DNA of 64,000 bases from Eledone cirrhosa. Taxonomy: Eukaryota. Both the position numbers and the translations under genes were made by a program. Positions within the stretch are counted from its first letter, which is position 1. Each line of letters opens with the position of its first letter. Positions 1-11,064 of this stretch are shown here, in pieces. A model generated the notes under the pieces. It saw only the letters and a program-made list of their open reading frames with translations. It had not been told where the DNA came from and did not search any database. The stretch is from positions 332,320,001-332,384,000 of the forward strand of contig OZ024741.1 of assembly GCA_964016885.1 (NCBI GenBank). Reading direction: 5' to 3'.

Positions 1-147
1 GGCACCAACACTAGGGGTGTTGACATGTCTTTGACATAACTGAAGGATGCTCACAACCGATTGTTTGTCAGATTGTCTATGGCTGGACGTTGCTTCCTAT
101 TATCAACCAAATTTACAGAGTTTACTGGATGGATTTACCATTTAGAT

Positions 148-318
148 CAGGCATGTCAAACATGCGGCTCACTACAAGCACGCCTGCGGCCCGCACAAAA
201 GTTTTTACAGAGCGAGCGTAATATAAAATAAAGAATATTAGCTGTAATGTGCACAATTAGTTCTCATGTGTGGCCCTCAGACAACGCATGTGTGGCCCTT
301 GGGGGTTTGACATGCCTG
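148..318. mobile_element. hAT (Buster/Charlie-like) MITE
   Basis: Perfect 14-bp TIR CAGGCATGTCAAAC (148-161 / 305-318) with an 8-bp TSD ATTTAGAT (140-147, 319-326) that has a central TA. Confidence 0.9.
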
Positions 319-469
319 ATTTAGATCACCAGCACTAAGGAGGTTGTCATGTCTTTGAAAGGACTCAAGAGGGTAGTCAGTGTTTTTTGGCATTAGAGAT
401 ATCGTAATGAAAGGATTAACTAAGAGATTGTAAATTTCGATATGGATTTCGATATCTCCAAGATCAGAG

Positions 470-715
470 AGTTGCTACTTATCTGAATTGAGAGATCAGA
501 GCTCCAAAATTATGGACATGTGGTTAGAATGTCTCAGGAAAGAAATGCTGGAAAGATTTTACAAATAAAACCAACTGGCAGGCGACCCAGGGATAGACCC
601 TGAGCAATATGGTTGGATAACATCCATGAGCTTGGCTGGTCTTGCTTGGGGAACCAGCTGGATTAGTTGGAAAGTGTGCTTAAGGGCTTTACCCACATGA
701 CTCTCTCAGAAATAA
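470..715 (+). mobile_element. Decayed RTE-clade (Expander/Rex3-like) LINE 3' end
   Basis: Translates to IERSELQNYGHVVRMSQER..PTGRRPRDRP*AIWLDNIHELGWSCLG, similar to the RTE C-terminal GH..RM / GRRPRGRP..W motif, with stops. Confidence 0.65.
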
Positions 716-1295
716 TTAAGCAAAGAACTTTTTAAGCAATGTTCCAAACATCAGAATCACTTTTAACATCCAGTACCACATGAAGCCATATTACCAAGAA
801 TCTCTTGAAAAGTACAAAGCAGCATAATGACTGCATCATATTACTTTAAAACTACATTTTCACAGCAATATGTCAATTAGTAAAGATATCATTAACATTT
901 GAGACAGTTGCTTCTGACAGAACCCACTAGAAGGCATGTCTGAGGACTCTGCCCCTACGACCCACTTAGGAATAAATGAGTAAAAGAAAAAAGATTATAA
1001 ATGTATCTTAAATTTAAAAAAATAAATTGGTTATTATTGATATTATAGTATGTTTAGTGAAATAAATGTAAATATTAACCGATTTTAAAAGACATTTCTG
1101 GTTCTCTGGTCAGCCTTCCTTATGTTAGTGTCTCTCTCGATAGGAAAACATATACATATGTATTTATGTATATGATATGTATATAGATATATGTGTGTAT
1201 GTGTATTTATGTGTATATTTGTATATATATACATACAAATATGTGTGTGTCTACATATATGTATGTACAAGTATATTCATACATGTGTGTGTGTA

Positions 1296-1327
<32 letters not shown>

Positions 1328-1374
1328 TCACATACTTATATACATAAATAAATGAATAAATAAATAAATAAATG

Positions 1375-1418
<44 letters not shown>

Positions 1419-1876
1419 AAATATCACTCAGAAAATATTGTCTTTGATTCATATATCTTCTGCTTGTTCATGTAACACCACTACCACCACCATCACCATT
1501 ACTACACCATCACCACTACTACATTACCACCGCTACACCACCACCACCACCACCAGCTCACCTCCCACTACCAGCTTATCTTTATAAATTTCTAACTACA
1601 ATGTCAACTATTTCTGTAGTTCTGTATATGATTTTCCGACTCTTATCTTTTGCCTCTTTCCTTTTTCTTTTCATTCTTTATTGAGTTATTCTGCAGAGAT
1701 AAGGAAGCTTAAAAGAAATTCTTCCAGGACTAAATATTATTTTGAATAATCAAATATCATTCTCTTCTTTTTTCTCTCTTTTTTTTTCTTATTTCCGTTA
1801 TCTTTCTGCCCCATCCCACCACCACCACTCTTTCACACACCCCACAAACATACACACACACACATATATGTATGTG

Positions 1877-1936
<60 letters not shown>

Positions 1937-1972
1937 TATATTATACATATATATATATACAGTCATACACAC

Positions 1973-2026
<54 letters not shown>

Positions 2027-2177
2027 TTCAGACACATACACACACAATGTTGGTTTTTGTCTTTTGTTTTTATGTTTTGTCTTTATAATATCTGTTCACA
2101 TTATCCTTATTTTCATTTTAGGTTCACTCGGCTGCTAGACCCAATATCATGTGAACTGCCTCTTAACCTGCAAGGAT

Positions 2178-4547
2178 ATGTTTGTAACACTATGCCTGGC
2201 TTTATTTCTTCCCCCCTGTCTTTCTGTCCACCTTACCTACTACATAGAAGAAAGGAAACATGTTGGTACCTATATTGGAGATATAGCCGCAGACAAACAA
2301 CTGCTCGATGGAATATCCCTGTTGGATAATGATTTAGTAACGTTTAGCTTATTAAGGATGAGTAAATTTAGTATTGTACCTTTGTTTAACGTTTCCAAAA
2401 CTGGGAAATTGTATACAGCTCAGAGTATTGATGCCGAATCTCTATGTAAATATAATACAGAATGTTCTAGAATTCTTCATATTGCTGTCCATAAGGATGA
2501 AACTTTTGTGGATGTTTTAAAAATCAAAGTATTTATACAAGATATCAATGATAACAGACCAGAGTTTCCTGTAAGACAGGTAAATCTTTCCTTCTCTGAA
2601 GGAGACAGGAAGGGAATGTCACACTCCTTACCAAATGCTATTGATAAAGATGTTGGAATTGAAAACTCTCAGATTTCATATGAGTTCCAGAAAAGGCTTG
2701 ATATGCCATTTACATTGTCAGTATCTAAGAGAGTTGATGGAACTGCGAAATTAGAAATAGTCTTGGCTGTGGAACTCGACAGAGAAGTAAAAGATTCTTA
2801 TAGTCTTCAAGTTGTTGCAAAAGATGGGGGATTTCCCCCCAAGCAAAGTATATTAAATGTTAAAATAACAGTAACGGATGTCAATGACAACCCTCCAGTC
2901 TTTCTGAAAAATGAATATCATGTTTATATCGAAAACACAAGCCCTAGGAATAAGCCTGTTATTATTTTATCAGCAAAAGATTTGGATATAAATGAAAATG
3001 GACAAGTTTTATATTATTTCAGTTCTCAAACTTCAGAGGTAACTAAAAGTTATTTTAAATTAGACAAACATACTGGGGAAATTTTCCAAAGAGAAAAACT
3101 TCCCTCTGGACATAAAGAAGTATTTCAGTTATATGTTGAAGCCAAAGATGGTGGTAATCCACCCCTTACTCATCTTGCCATGGTGCTGATAAATATTACC
3201 AACCAACAGAATAATGCACCAGTAATTGATGTCAACTTTGTATCTGGATTAAGAGAGAATACATTATCAATTTCTGAAAACATTAAAATTGGTGCTTTTA
3301 TAGCTTTTGTCAAAGTGACCGACAATGATATTGGTCGAAATGGCCATGTTAACTGTGATCTCCAGCATAATAACTTTCAACTGCAAAATCTAGATTTCAA
3401 AGAGTATAAAGTTACTTTAAAGAAACCAGTTGACAGAGAAGTTAAAGACCATTATGAAATAAGTATTTCCTGCCAGGATGAAGGGTTGCCTCCTCTAAGG
3501 ACTAAGAGAAAATTCTCTGTCCAAATTACTGATGTCAATGATATAAAACCTCGATTTACTAAAGAGAACTTCCGATTCTTAGTTTATGAAAATGAAAAAT
3601 CTAATTTCCCAGTCGGTTTCATTAATGCCACAGATGAAGATTTGGGAGATGGAGGTGAATTAACATTCTTTTTATCCCAAAACAAAAACCGAATTCTTCC
3701 TTTTCAGATCACTGACACTGGATTCATTTTAACATCCCAACCACTTGATCGAGAACAGCAAGAGATATATAAATTTGAAGTATTTGTCAGAGACAATGGC
3801 TCACCTTCACTAAATAGCACATCAAATGTTATAGTTGAAGTTGTTGACGAGAACGACAATGCTCCCTATTTCACGTTTCCTAGTATCAACCCTTTTAGTC
3901 TAGATATTCACTACCATCCTCAGAGCAAGAATGACATCACAGTTTTAAAAGCATCAGACAGAGACAGCCCAAGGAATGCATTTCTAAAATATGAAATAAT
4001 TGGTGGCAATGACAAACAGTTATTTCTTATAAATCCCTACACTGGACTCTTGTCTTTTTCCCGTGCTGTGTATCAAAATGATGCCGGATCATACAATTTA
4101 ATGGCTGTCGTTAAAGACAGTGGCACCCCAGTTCTCTCAGCAACGACAACTCTTTCATTAACACTGTCTGTCAGCAACAAAACATCAATATCTGCTCAGA
4201 GTAGAAAGTCTGGCAATTATATTCCATTATATTTGGTGGCCATTATCACATTTGCAGCAATGATAGTTCTGGTTGTTATCTTGGTTTCAATGATAGCATG
4301 CATTATCAGGTATAAAAACGGCCGGCGTGTCCAGCGTGCTACACCAATTGACCAAGCAAACCCAGAGAGGAGTGAAATATATCATTTAGTTTCTCAGTCT
4401 AATAATCTTGCTTCTGCCACTCGAAGCACTAACGACACAAGTGGAAGGTGTACACCTACTATAGAATCAAGAAGTATATATAATTCTGCTGATACAAATA
4501 GCCTGAAAATAGCAACAATAGCCAGAAGGCTTCCAGCACCCTCCCAG
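2178..4547 (+). CDS. Protocadherin (cephalopod-type), large exon encoding signal peptide, 6 cadherin repeats, TM helix and the start of the cytoplasmic tail
   Basis: The 805-aa ORF has its first ATG at 2178 followed by a hydrophobic signal peptide. EC1 has Cx5C (CKYNTEC). Cadherin motifs [42 protein letters not shown] helix [27 protein letters not shown]. Acceptor TTTTAG ends at 2121 and a phase-0 donor CAG|GTAAGT follows 4547. Read-through would stop at 4568. Confidence 0.95.
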
Positions 4548-4888
4548 GTAAGTTACAGTTTACCTTAATTAATTAACTCTAGTGGTGCTTATTTTTTAAT
4601 TGGTTACATTATTGGCAATTTACCAATAGCAAAATAATTGAACTTTTCTTTTCTGGATAAATTGGAGTTTTTGTTTGTTCTTTATTTGTGTCTTCTATTT
4701 TGAATTTTTGTTTTGTTTTGTTAATGCTTTTGGGAATAACTTCTCAAGATCTAATATATGTAATTGTATAGTTTTGGAAATGTTGGAAATGTTGCAGCTA
4801 ATGGTGCAGAAGCAATGATTTATATATATATACAATTGGTATTAATAGTAAGATAAAGGATTGGTAAATGACAGTGCACATATAATTC

Positions 4889-5127
4889 AGTTATATATTA
4901 AGAAATGGGCTAACAGCCAAAGTGTATCATAAAGTTATATCTGTATACATACAACTTTATCATACACTTTGGCTGTTAGCGCACTTCTTAACTATATATC
5001 TTAATTAATTACCAACACGAGCGCTAATTATATGCAAGTTAGTATGTCTATTTCAGAATAAAACTAAGAAAAAATGGGTACATATGCCCATCAAATACAT
5101 ATTTCCTTGTGGTTGATTGGATGATAT
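4889..5127. mobile_element. Head-to-head Penelope-like element relic (hairpin ~4889-5001 plus tail 5002-5127)
   Basis: Imperfect inverted repeat TAAGAAATGGGCTAACAGCCAAAGTGTATCATAAAGTT / AACTTTATCATACACTTTGGCTGTTAGCGCACTTCTTA. The tail recurs in reverse complement at ~7665-7795. Confidence 0.55.
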
Positions 5128-5129
5128 AC

Positions 5130-5177
5130 ACATCTTCTGATGAGGGTCCAATAAGATCTGAAATCAATTAAAGGTGT
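5130..5177 (+). ncRNA. Degenerate minimal type I hammerhead ribozyme
   Basis: ACATCTT-CTGATGA-GGGTC(CAATAA)GATCT-GAAA-TCAATTA-AAGGTGT. Stems I and II pair, stem III is imperfect. Confidence 0.5.
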
Positions 5178-5687
5178 TTATCATTCTTTTTCGTTTTACA
5201 GGGAAATTTGTATTTTCTGGCATGCTTAAATGCCTACATATTAGATATGTGTATATATTTATACACATGGTGCAGTCTTGGTTACACACTTTATTTTATA
5301 TAGATGTAACTTCATCATACATGTCAACAGCTAGCACACTTCATACATATACATATTACATATAAATTTTTAAAGAGCTAGCTTCTCACATCTAACATAT
5401 GTCTCTGTGAGTTCCTCAAATATAAGAAATACTTGGTTACAACGTAAAATGGAACCATTGTTATTCAATACGGTTCTATTCTTTGATGGGAAATGTGTGT
5501 AAATCTAATATGTTTTTAATATAAAGAAATTGGATCTCCAAAAAGTTTTCCAGCTTTTTGGAATAACGTATATGGGAAAAAGTCTGAAAAAACCCCCATA
5601 AAACCTTTCTTCTATACAATGGTGATAAGAATGTGTGTATATATATATATATTAGAATTGGTGCTCTGAATGTATATATACATTCAT

Positions 5688-5753
<66 letters not shown>

Positions 5754-5802
5754 TATATATGTGTTTGTGTTTGCATGAAAATATGATTATATGTATAATA
5801 AT

Positions 5803-5915
<113 letters not shown>

Positions 5916-6354
5916 TGATTAGAAGTATAACAATGTGTATATATATATGTGTGTGTTAATGTATATATCTATCTATATACACATATATATATATGTAAAG
6001 ATGTATGTATGTATATATATGTAAATATATATACCTGTATGTATGTGTGTGTCTGTGTGTGTGTGTACTTATTATGTTTACTATATGTGGTTGGTAATTC
6101 CTACACTGCTACTCTGAGTAGCAACACCGAGGGAGCTACTAGCTGTGTACTAAAGATAGCTATAATGTGTTGGGTATGTTTGATGGACCCATAACTCCTG
6201 ATAGAGTCGTAGGGGTGACACATTGACATACAGTGTCTCTTGGGCATTTTTTAAACCTGACAGAACCCATTCCCTCTCCAGGTCTGAAAACAGAAGATTT
6301 CTTCCAGTGATAGAAAGGAAGTGAGAAAAAGATATAGAGGAAGAATCGACCTCA

Positions 6355-6503
6355 GTACTAGATTGGTACTTTTTTTTATCAACCACGAATAGATGAAATG
6401 TAAAATTGACCTCGGCGGGATTTGAACTCAAAGATCACAGAGCCAGAAGAAATACTGTAAAGTATTATATCTGACATTCTAACAATTCTACCAATTCATT
6501 ACC
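6355..6503 (-). mobile_element. tRNA-derived SINE
   Basis: Minus strand has B-box GAGTTCAAATCCCGCCGAGG and a central TTTCATC..GTTGATAAAA..AGTACCA domain shared with other copies. Confidence 0.75.
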
Positions 6504-6606
6504 CAATATTAAATCATAACACCCTGTAATAATCCAGCTGAAAATATCTAAAAATTGGCTTGTTAATTCAAATGTTTATACTACCTCTACAATATGTTAA
6601 CACAGA

Positions 6607-7020
6607 TGTGGTGGCCATCAGCGAGACCAGAATTTCTGAAGCACGAGCCTTCGCACCGATCTTTGGCGGCTACGATGTATACACATCTCCCAGCCGTCCA
6701 GGATCTGGGTGAGGAGTTGCCGTGCTTTTTCGGAGAGGCTTGGATCTCGCCATACGGGCCATCTTCCTGGACTCAGAAGGTAAGTCAGTGGTGCTGGACG
6801 TGACAGGCAGCGAAGGCAATGCTTTCAGGCTAGTAGCCGTCTACGCCCCAACAGGGGCAGGATGGCCACATTTCTTCAGACGTCTAGAGACCTTTCTTGG
6901 AACGTCCCGCTCTTTAGTGTTATTGGGCAACTTGAACGGTATCTTAGATGCACGCTGGGATTATGTGGGGCTAGTAGACGGCAGGAGGGTGTAAAAGCCT
7001 CAGTAACCTGCTCAGACGTT
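6607..7020 (+). mobile_element. L1/Tx1-type LINE apurinic endonuclease fragment
   Basis: GC-rich island translating to DSEGKSVVLDV..FRLVAVYAPTG..FFRRLE..LVLLGNLNGILD, with APE VYAP and GDFN-like motifs. Confidence 0.75.
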
Positions 7021-7051
7021 ATCAGTTATCAGTATAGTATCACTATTGAAA

Positions 7052-7155
7052 CTCCTACTATTAGTGACCTGTACAATGTTATTGCCACTCTACTATTAGT
7101 GACCTGTACAATACTATTGCCACTCTACTATTAGTGACCTGTACAATACTATTGC
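7052..7155 (+). repeat. ~33-bp tandem repeat x3
   Basis: CTCTACTATTAGTGACCTGTACAATACTATTGCCA repeated. Confidence 0.85.
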
Positions 7156-7269
7156 TATCTGTGTTAATTTGAAATATTAGAGCAAAGAATTCAATTGTTA
7201 ATGTGACGCAACCACAGTGCTGTTTTGTTCTTTTCAAGGATGCTAACAGGGTTTTCATGTGGTACAGCA

Positions 7270-7452
7270 TAATCGTTTCTACTTTTGGCACAAGGCCAGC
7301 AATTACACCAGTACATTACTGGTGTTTTATTTTATCAGACCCATAGGGATGAAAGGCAAAGTTAAGCTCAGTGGGATTTAAACTCAGACCATAAAGGGCT
7401 GTAACACTATGCTACAAATCATGGCCTCCAACCCTCCACTAATACTGCCAAA
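7270..7452 (-). mobile_element. tRNA-derived SINE
   Basis: Reverse complement of the SINE family at 7987-8410. Confidence 0.75.
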
Positions 7453-7891
7453 TATGACTTAATATGGGGACATCATCATTTAATATTCATTTTTCCACAT
7501 TTGCATCAGACGGGTTGTCACATTATGAGACAAATCAGGTCAGCAACCAGCATGCTCATATGAATCTGTATTTTAGCTTGGTTTTTATAGCTGGATGCCC
7601 TTCCTAACACAAACCATGTCACAGTATGGTACATAGAGATAGACATGTAAATAAAGTTAAATATACATATATCATCCAATCAACCACAAGGAAACATGTA
7701 TTTGATGGGTATGTATACCTATTCACTCTTACTATTATTCCAAAATGGATATACTCATTTTCATATAATTCGTGCTTGTGTTGGTAATTAGTTATTGATT
7801 CCAGAATCAGGCCTGATCATGAAACACACATCACATATGAATAAATATAATGATATTATATTGATACTTCATCCCTGCTCATTATTATTAT

Positions 7892-8410
7892 TGCCTTTCA
7901 TCCTTACAGGGTTGATAAAATAAAGTACCAGTAATACACTGGGATAATTGCTGGCTTTGTGTCAAAAGTAGAAACAATTATTATTATGGCAGTATCGGTA
8001 GAGGGTCGGACGCCATGCTTTGACGCATAGAAGTTACGGCCCTTGCCATTCTGAGTTCAAATCCCACCGAGGTTAACTTTGCCTTTCATCCTTACGGGGT
8101 TGATAAAATAAAGTACCAGTCACACACTGGAGTCGATTTAATCAACTTTCCCCTCCCCCAAAATTGCTGGCCTTGTGCCTATATAAGAAACCATTATTAT
8201 TATTATTATTATTAGGGCGGTGGATTGGCAGTACTGGTAGAGGGTCGGACGCCATGCTTTCCAGCATAGTTACGTCCCTTTACGATCTGAGTTCAAATCC
8301 CGCCGAGGTTGACTTTGCCTTTCATCCTTACGGGGTCGATAAAATAAAGTACCAGTAATACACTGGGTAATTGCTGGCCTTGTGCCAAAAGTAGAAACAA
8401 TTATTATTAT
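7892..8410 (+). mobile_element. Tandem cluster of tRNA-derived SINEs (one partial, two near full)
   Basis: A-box TGGCAGTATCGG, B-box GAGTTCAAATCC, central GCCTTTCATCCTTACGGGGTCGATAAAATAAAGTACCAG and (ATT)n tails. Confidence 0.85.
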
Positions 8411-8610
8411 TATTAACATTCTGCTTCTTAAGAATACTGACTATGGAGAAATGCCAAACATAGAATCCTACATCTGTAGCCAGACCCAAATATTAGCATT
8501 GAGTGCTCAAACTGGTGAACCATCAGTAACTAGACATTACACACCAATATACTATATATATATATATATATATATATAGATATATATATATATATATGCA
8601 CACATACATA

Positions 8611-9135
8611 CAGGTGGTGGTGGGGAATGAAACTCCCTATTGAAAATTACTTATAATTTTGGCCTACTGTGACCACTTGGGACAACATTAATTGATCTCA
8701 TATTCATGCAAGATTGGCCTCTTCTCATTTTGCATGCACTGACCTTGAGTGACTTGATGTTCAATTTCAAGGTTGGGTCATCGAGATCCATATGAATGGC
8801 CAGCAAGAAGCCCTGACTTAATGCCCTTGATTTTTTTCCTGCAGGGGTAGGCGAAGGAAGAAGTTTATAACTCAAAACCCAAAACTCTGATTCAATTGGA
8901 AGAACACATTCATCATGTATTGACCAACATACTGCCTGAGTTCCTGATGAAGTCAGTCGAGGATATACCCAGATGATTACAAACACTGGTAGACAATGCT
9001 GCTGCCTATGTAAAACTTTAATACTGTACTTCCACCATTAAACTGTTCAAAATAAAACAGGTTTTATGAAAATCAAATAATAATTAATATAGTTATTCAC
9101 AATTTTAAATAGAGAGCTTCATTCCACCCACCTTA
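8611..9135 (+). mobile_element. Internally deleted Tc1/mariner-superfamily element (rosa/maT-like)
   Basis: Imperfect TIRs GGTGG..GGAATGAAACTCCCTATTGAAAATT / AATTTTAAATAGAGAGCTTCATTCCACCCACC in TA context. Internal FMQD and WPARSPDLNALDF transposase motifs. Confidence 0.75.
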
Positions 9136-9332
9136 TATATATGTATCTTTAGATTTGCAAACACTAGGAAAAAGTGATCTTTACCAAATTATATAATGTA
9201 TATATTTTTGAAATTATATTTCTGAGATTACTCTCTGTTGATACTGTGTTTTGCTTAGTTACTCATGTAACTTACATACGATTTTACATAATTTAGTATG
9301 TATGCTGAATACTAGAGGAGTAGGCTTTATAT

Positions 9333-9600
9333 CATCATCATCATCGTTTAACTTCCATCTTCCAAGCTAGCATGGGTTGGATGGTTTTGTTCCACTTGAT
9401 GCAGGATTGCTTTGGAGACTGTGTCTCGCTCATACAGAACTGTCTCTGGCAGGTTTTCTACAGCTGGATGCCCTTCCTAACAACAATCACATTTACAGAG
9501 TGGACTGGGAGCCTTTTGACGACCATGTCTTCTACACAACCACTTTACAGTGTAGACTGGGTACTTTTTGTTGTGTCACCGACATGACCACTTTACAGTG
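9333..9600 (-). mobile_element. RTE LINE 3' UTR fragment
   Basis: (CAT)n followed by ..CATGGGTTGGATGG..CAGCTGGATGCCCTTCCTAAC, matching the 3' end of the RTE at 11065-13489. Confidence 0.75.
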
Positions 9601-9860
9601 GATGGAAATGTGAAGATGGAGTAGGGTGTGTGGGTTGGGTGTATTTTGGGTTAAGAGATGCCTGCTGGCTGTAGGTTTAAGTTTGTATACAAGGGAAGGT
9701 GGGTCTTCTGTACAACTGCATGGCACCAAAGATCTCAATCTAGTATAAGTGAGCAAGTTCCCATGTTTTTTTTGGTCTACCCACTCCATAGCTTCCATCA
9801 ATTTTGATTGCTCTGCACTTTTTTTATACAGCAGCTGTTGTCCTTCATACACATCACATG

Positions 9861-9900
<40 letters not shown>

Positions 9901-9904
<4 letters not shown>

Positions 9905-10258
9905 CTTTGGGAAGGTCATGCTGTCAATAAAAACACATGTTGGTTTTCACTTCAATTCATTATAAATTTCCCGTTGGTTGCTTGGTTCGATAACCAGATG
10001 GTTGTTTATATATTGTCAAAGCTCTTTCATCACACATTCTGTGACCTCCTCAGTGACTGAGTTTTTATTTTGTGTCTCTCCTTTGTTCTGCCTACACCAT
10101 CTTGTTTTTGTGTGCTTAGTTTGTGCATGCAAATTGAAGTGAAAATCAACAGGTGCATGTGTTTTTATTGGCAGCATGACCCTCCCAAAGTATAACAATA
10201 TCTGTTTCAACACATGTTTTCAGATAAGAAATCTTGCAAAACAAATTCAAAACCAAAG
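9901..10258. mobile_element. Head-to-head Penelope-like element relic
   Basis: Inverted arms ~9901-9958 / 10132-10193 (TATACTTTGGGAAGGTCATGCTGTCAATAAAAACACATG..), an internal hammerhead, a tail at 10194-10258 and (TA)n flanks. Confidence 0.65.
10015..10057 (-). ncRNA. Minimal type I hammerhead ribozyme
   Basis: Minus strand: GTCA-CTGAGGA-G-GTCACA(GAATG)TGTGAT-GAAA-GAGC-TT-TGAC. Confidence 0.65.
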
Positions 10259-10275
10259 TATATATATATATAAAT

Positions 10276-10468
10276 AACAAATTTAATATAGAAATGGCTT
10301 CTACAGGTCTAGAACTGTTTCATTCAAAGGAAGATTGATTTCCTTCGAATGAAACAGTTTCAGTCATGTAGAAGGCATTTCTACATTAAATTTGTTGTAT
10401 ACACTCTACTAATGTATTGAGTACCTTACTTACTCTGGTTACCCCCGATTGAACCCAGGATTCACACA
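10276..10468. mobile_element. Head-to-head Penelope-like element relic (hairpin 10276-10396 plus tail)
   Basis: ~55-bp imperfect inverted arms. The tail begins GTATACACTCTACTAATGTATTGAGTACC, a motif shared with the 37110, 40820 and 60020 elements. Confidence 0.65.
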
Positions 10469-10481
10469 TATATATTTCTTA

Positions 10482-10851
10482 GTATGAAGCAAGCATGCTT
10501 CGATGGATGTGCAATGTCAATGAACAACCAAGCATAGACTAGTCGAGAGAGAAACTGTGTATAAGAGAGACAAACTGTAGTGTGCAGGAGAGAAGACTAC
10601 GTTGGTATGGACATGTTATGCGCATGGAGGATGACTGCTGGGTAAAGAAGTGCAAAGAAATTACAGTGGAAGTAAGATGCAGTAGAGGAAGACCACGAAA
10701 ATCATGGGCGGAGGTGGTGAGAACTGACCTCAGATCGCTGAAGCTCACAGAGGAAATGACGAAGAACTGTGATGAATGGAGAGATACTCTGCTGAAAAGG
10801 ACCTGTCCCACCCTTGCAAGCAAGGAAAAGCGGACGTAAAATGATGATGAT
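10482..10851 (+). mobile_element. RTE LINE 3' fragment
   Basis: [31 protein letters not shown], ending GGACGTAAAA(TGA)n. Confidence 0.85.
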
Positions 10852-11012
10852 GGATATATATATCATCATCATCATTTTATGTCCGCTTTTCCTTGATAAA
10901 ATGAATATGTATGTATGTATGTGTGTATGTGTGTGTGTATATGTATGTATATATATCAATATGTGTATATATATGCATGTGTATATATATATATATGGGT
11001 GTATATATATGC

Positions 11013-11062
<50 letters not shown>

Positions 11063-11064
11063 GT

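Noticed and set aside
2151-2177. ORF-track start of the protocadherin at GTG 2151
   Set aside because: This is a eukaryotic gene, and the first ATG at 2178 directly precedes a signal peptide.
7987-8075. A-box and B-box regions as real tRNA genes
   Set aside because: No complete cloverleaf, and they are always followed by SINE body and tail in many diverged copies.
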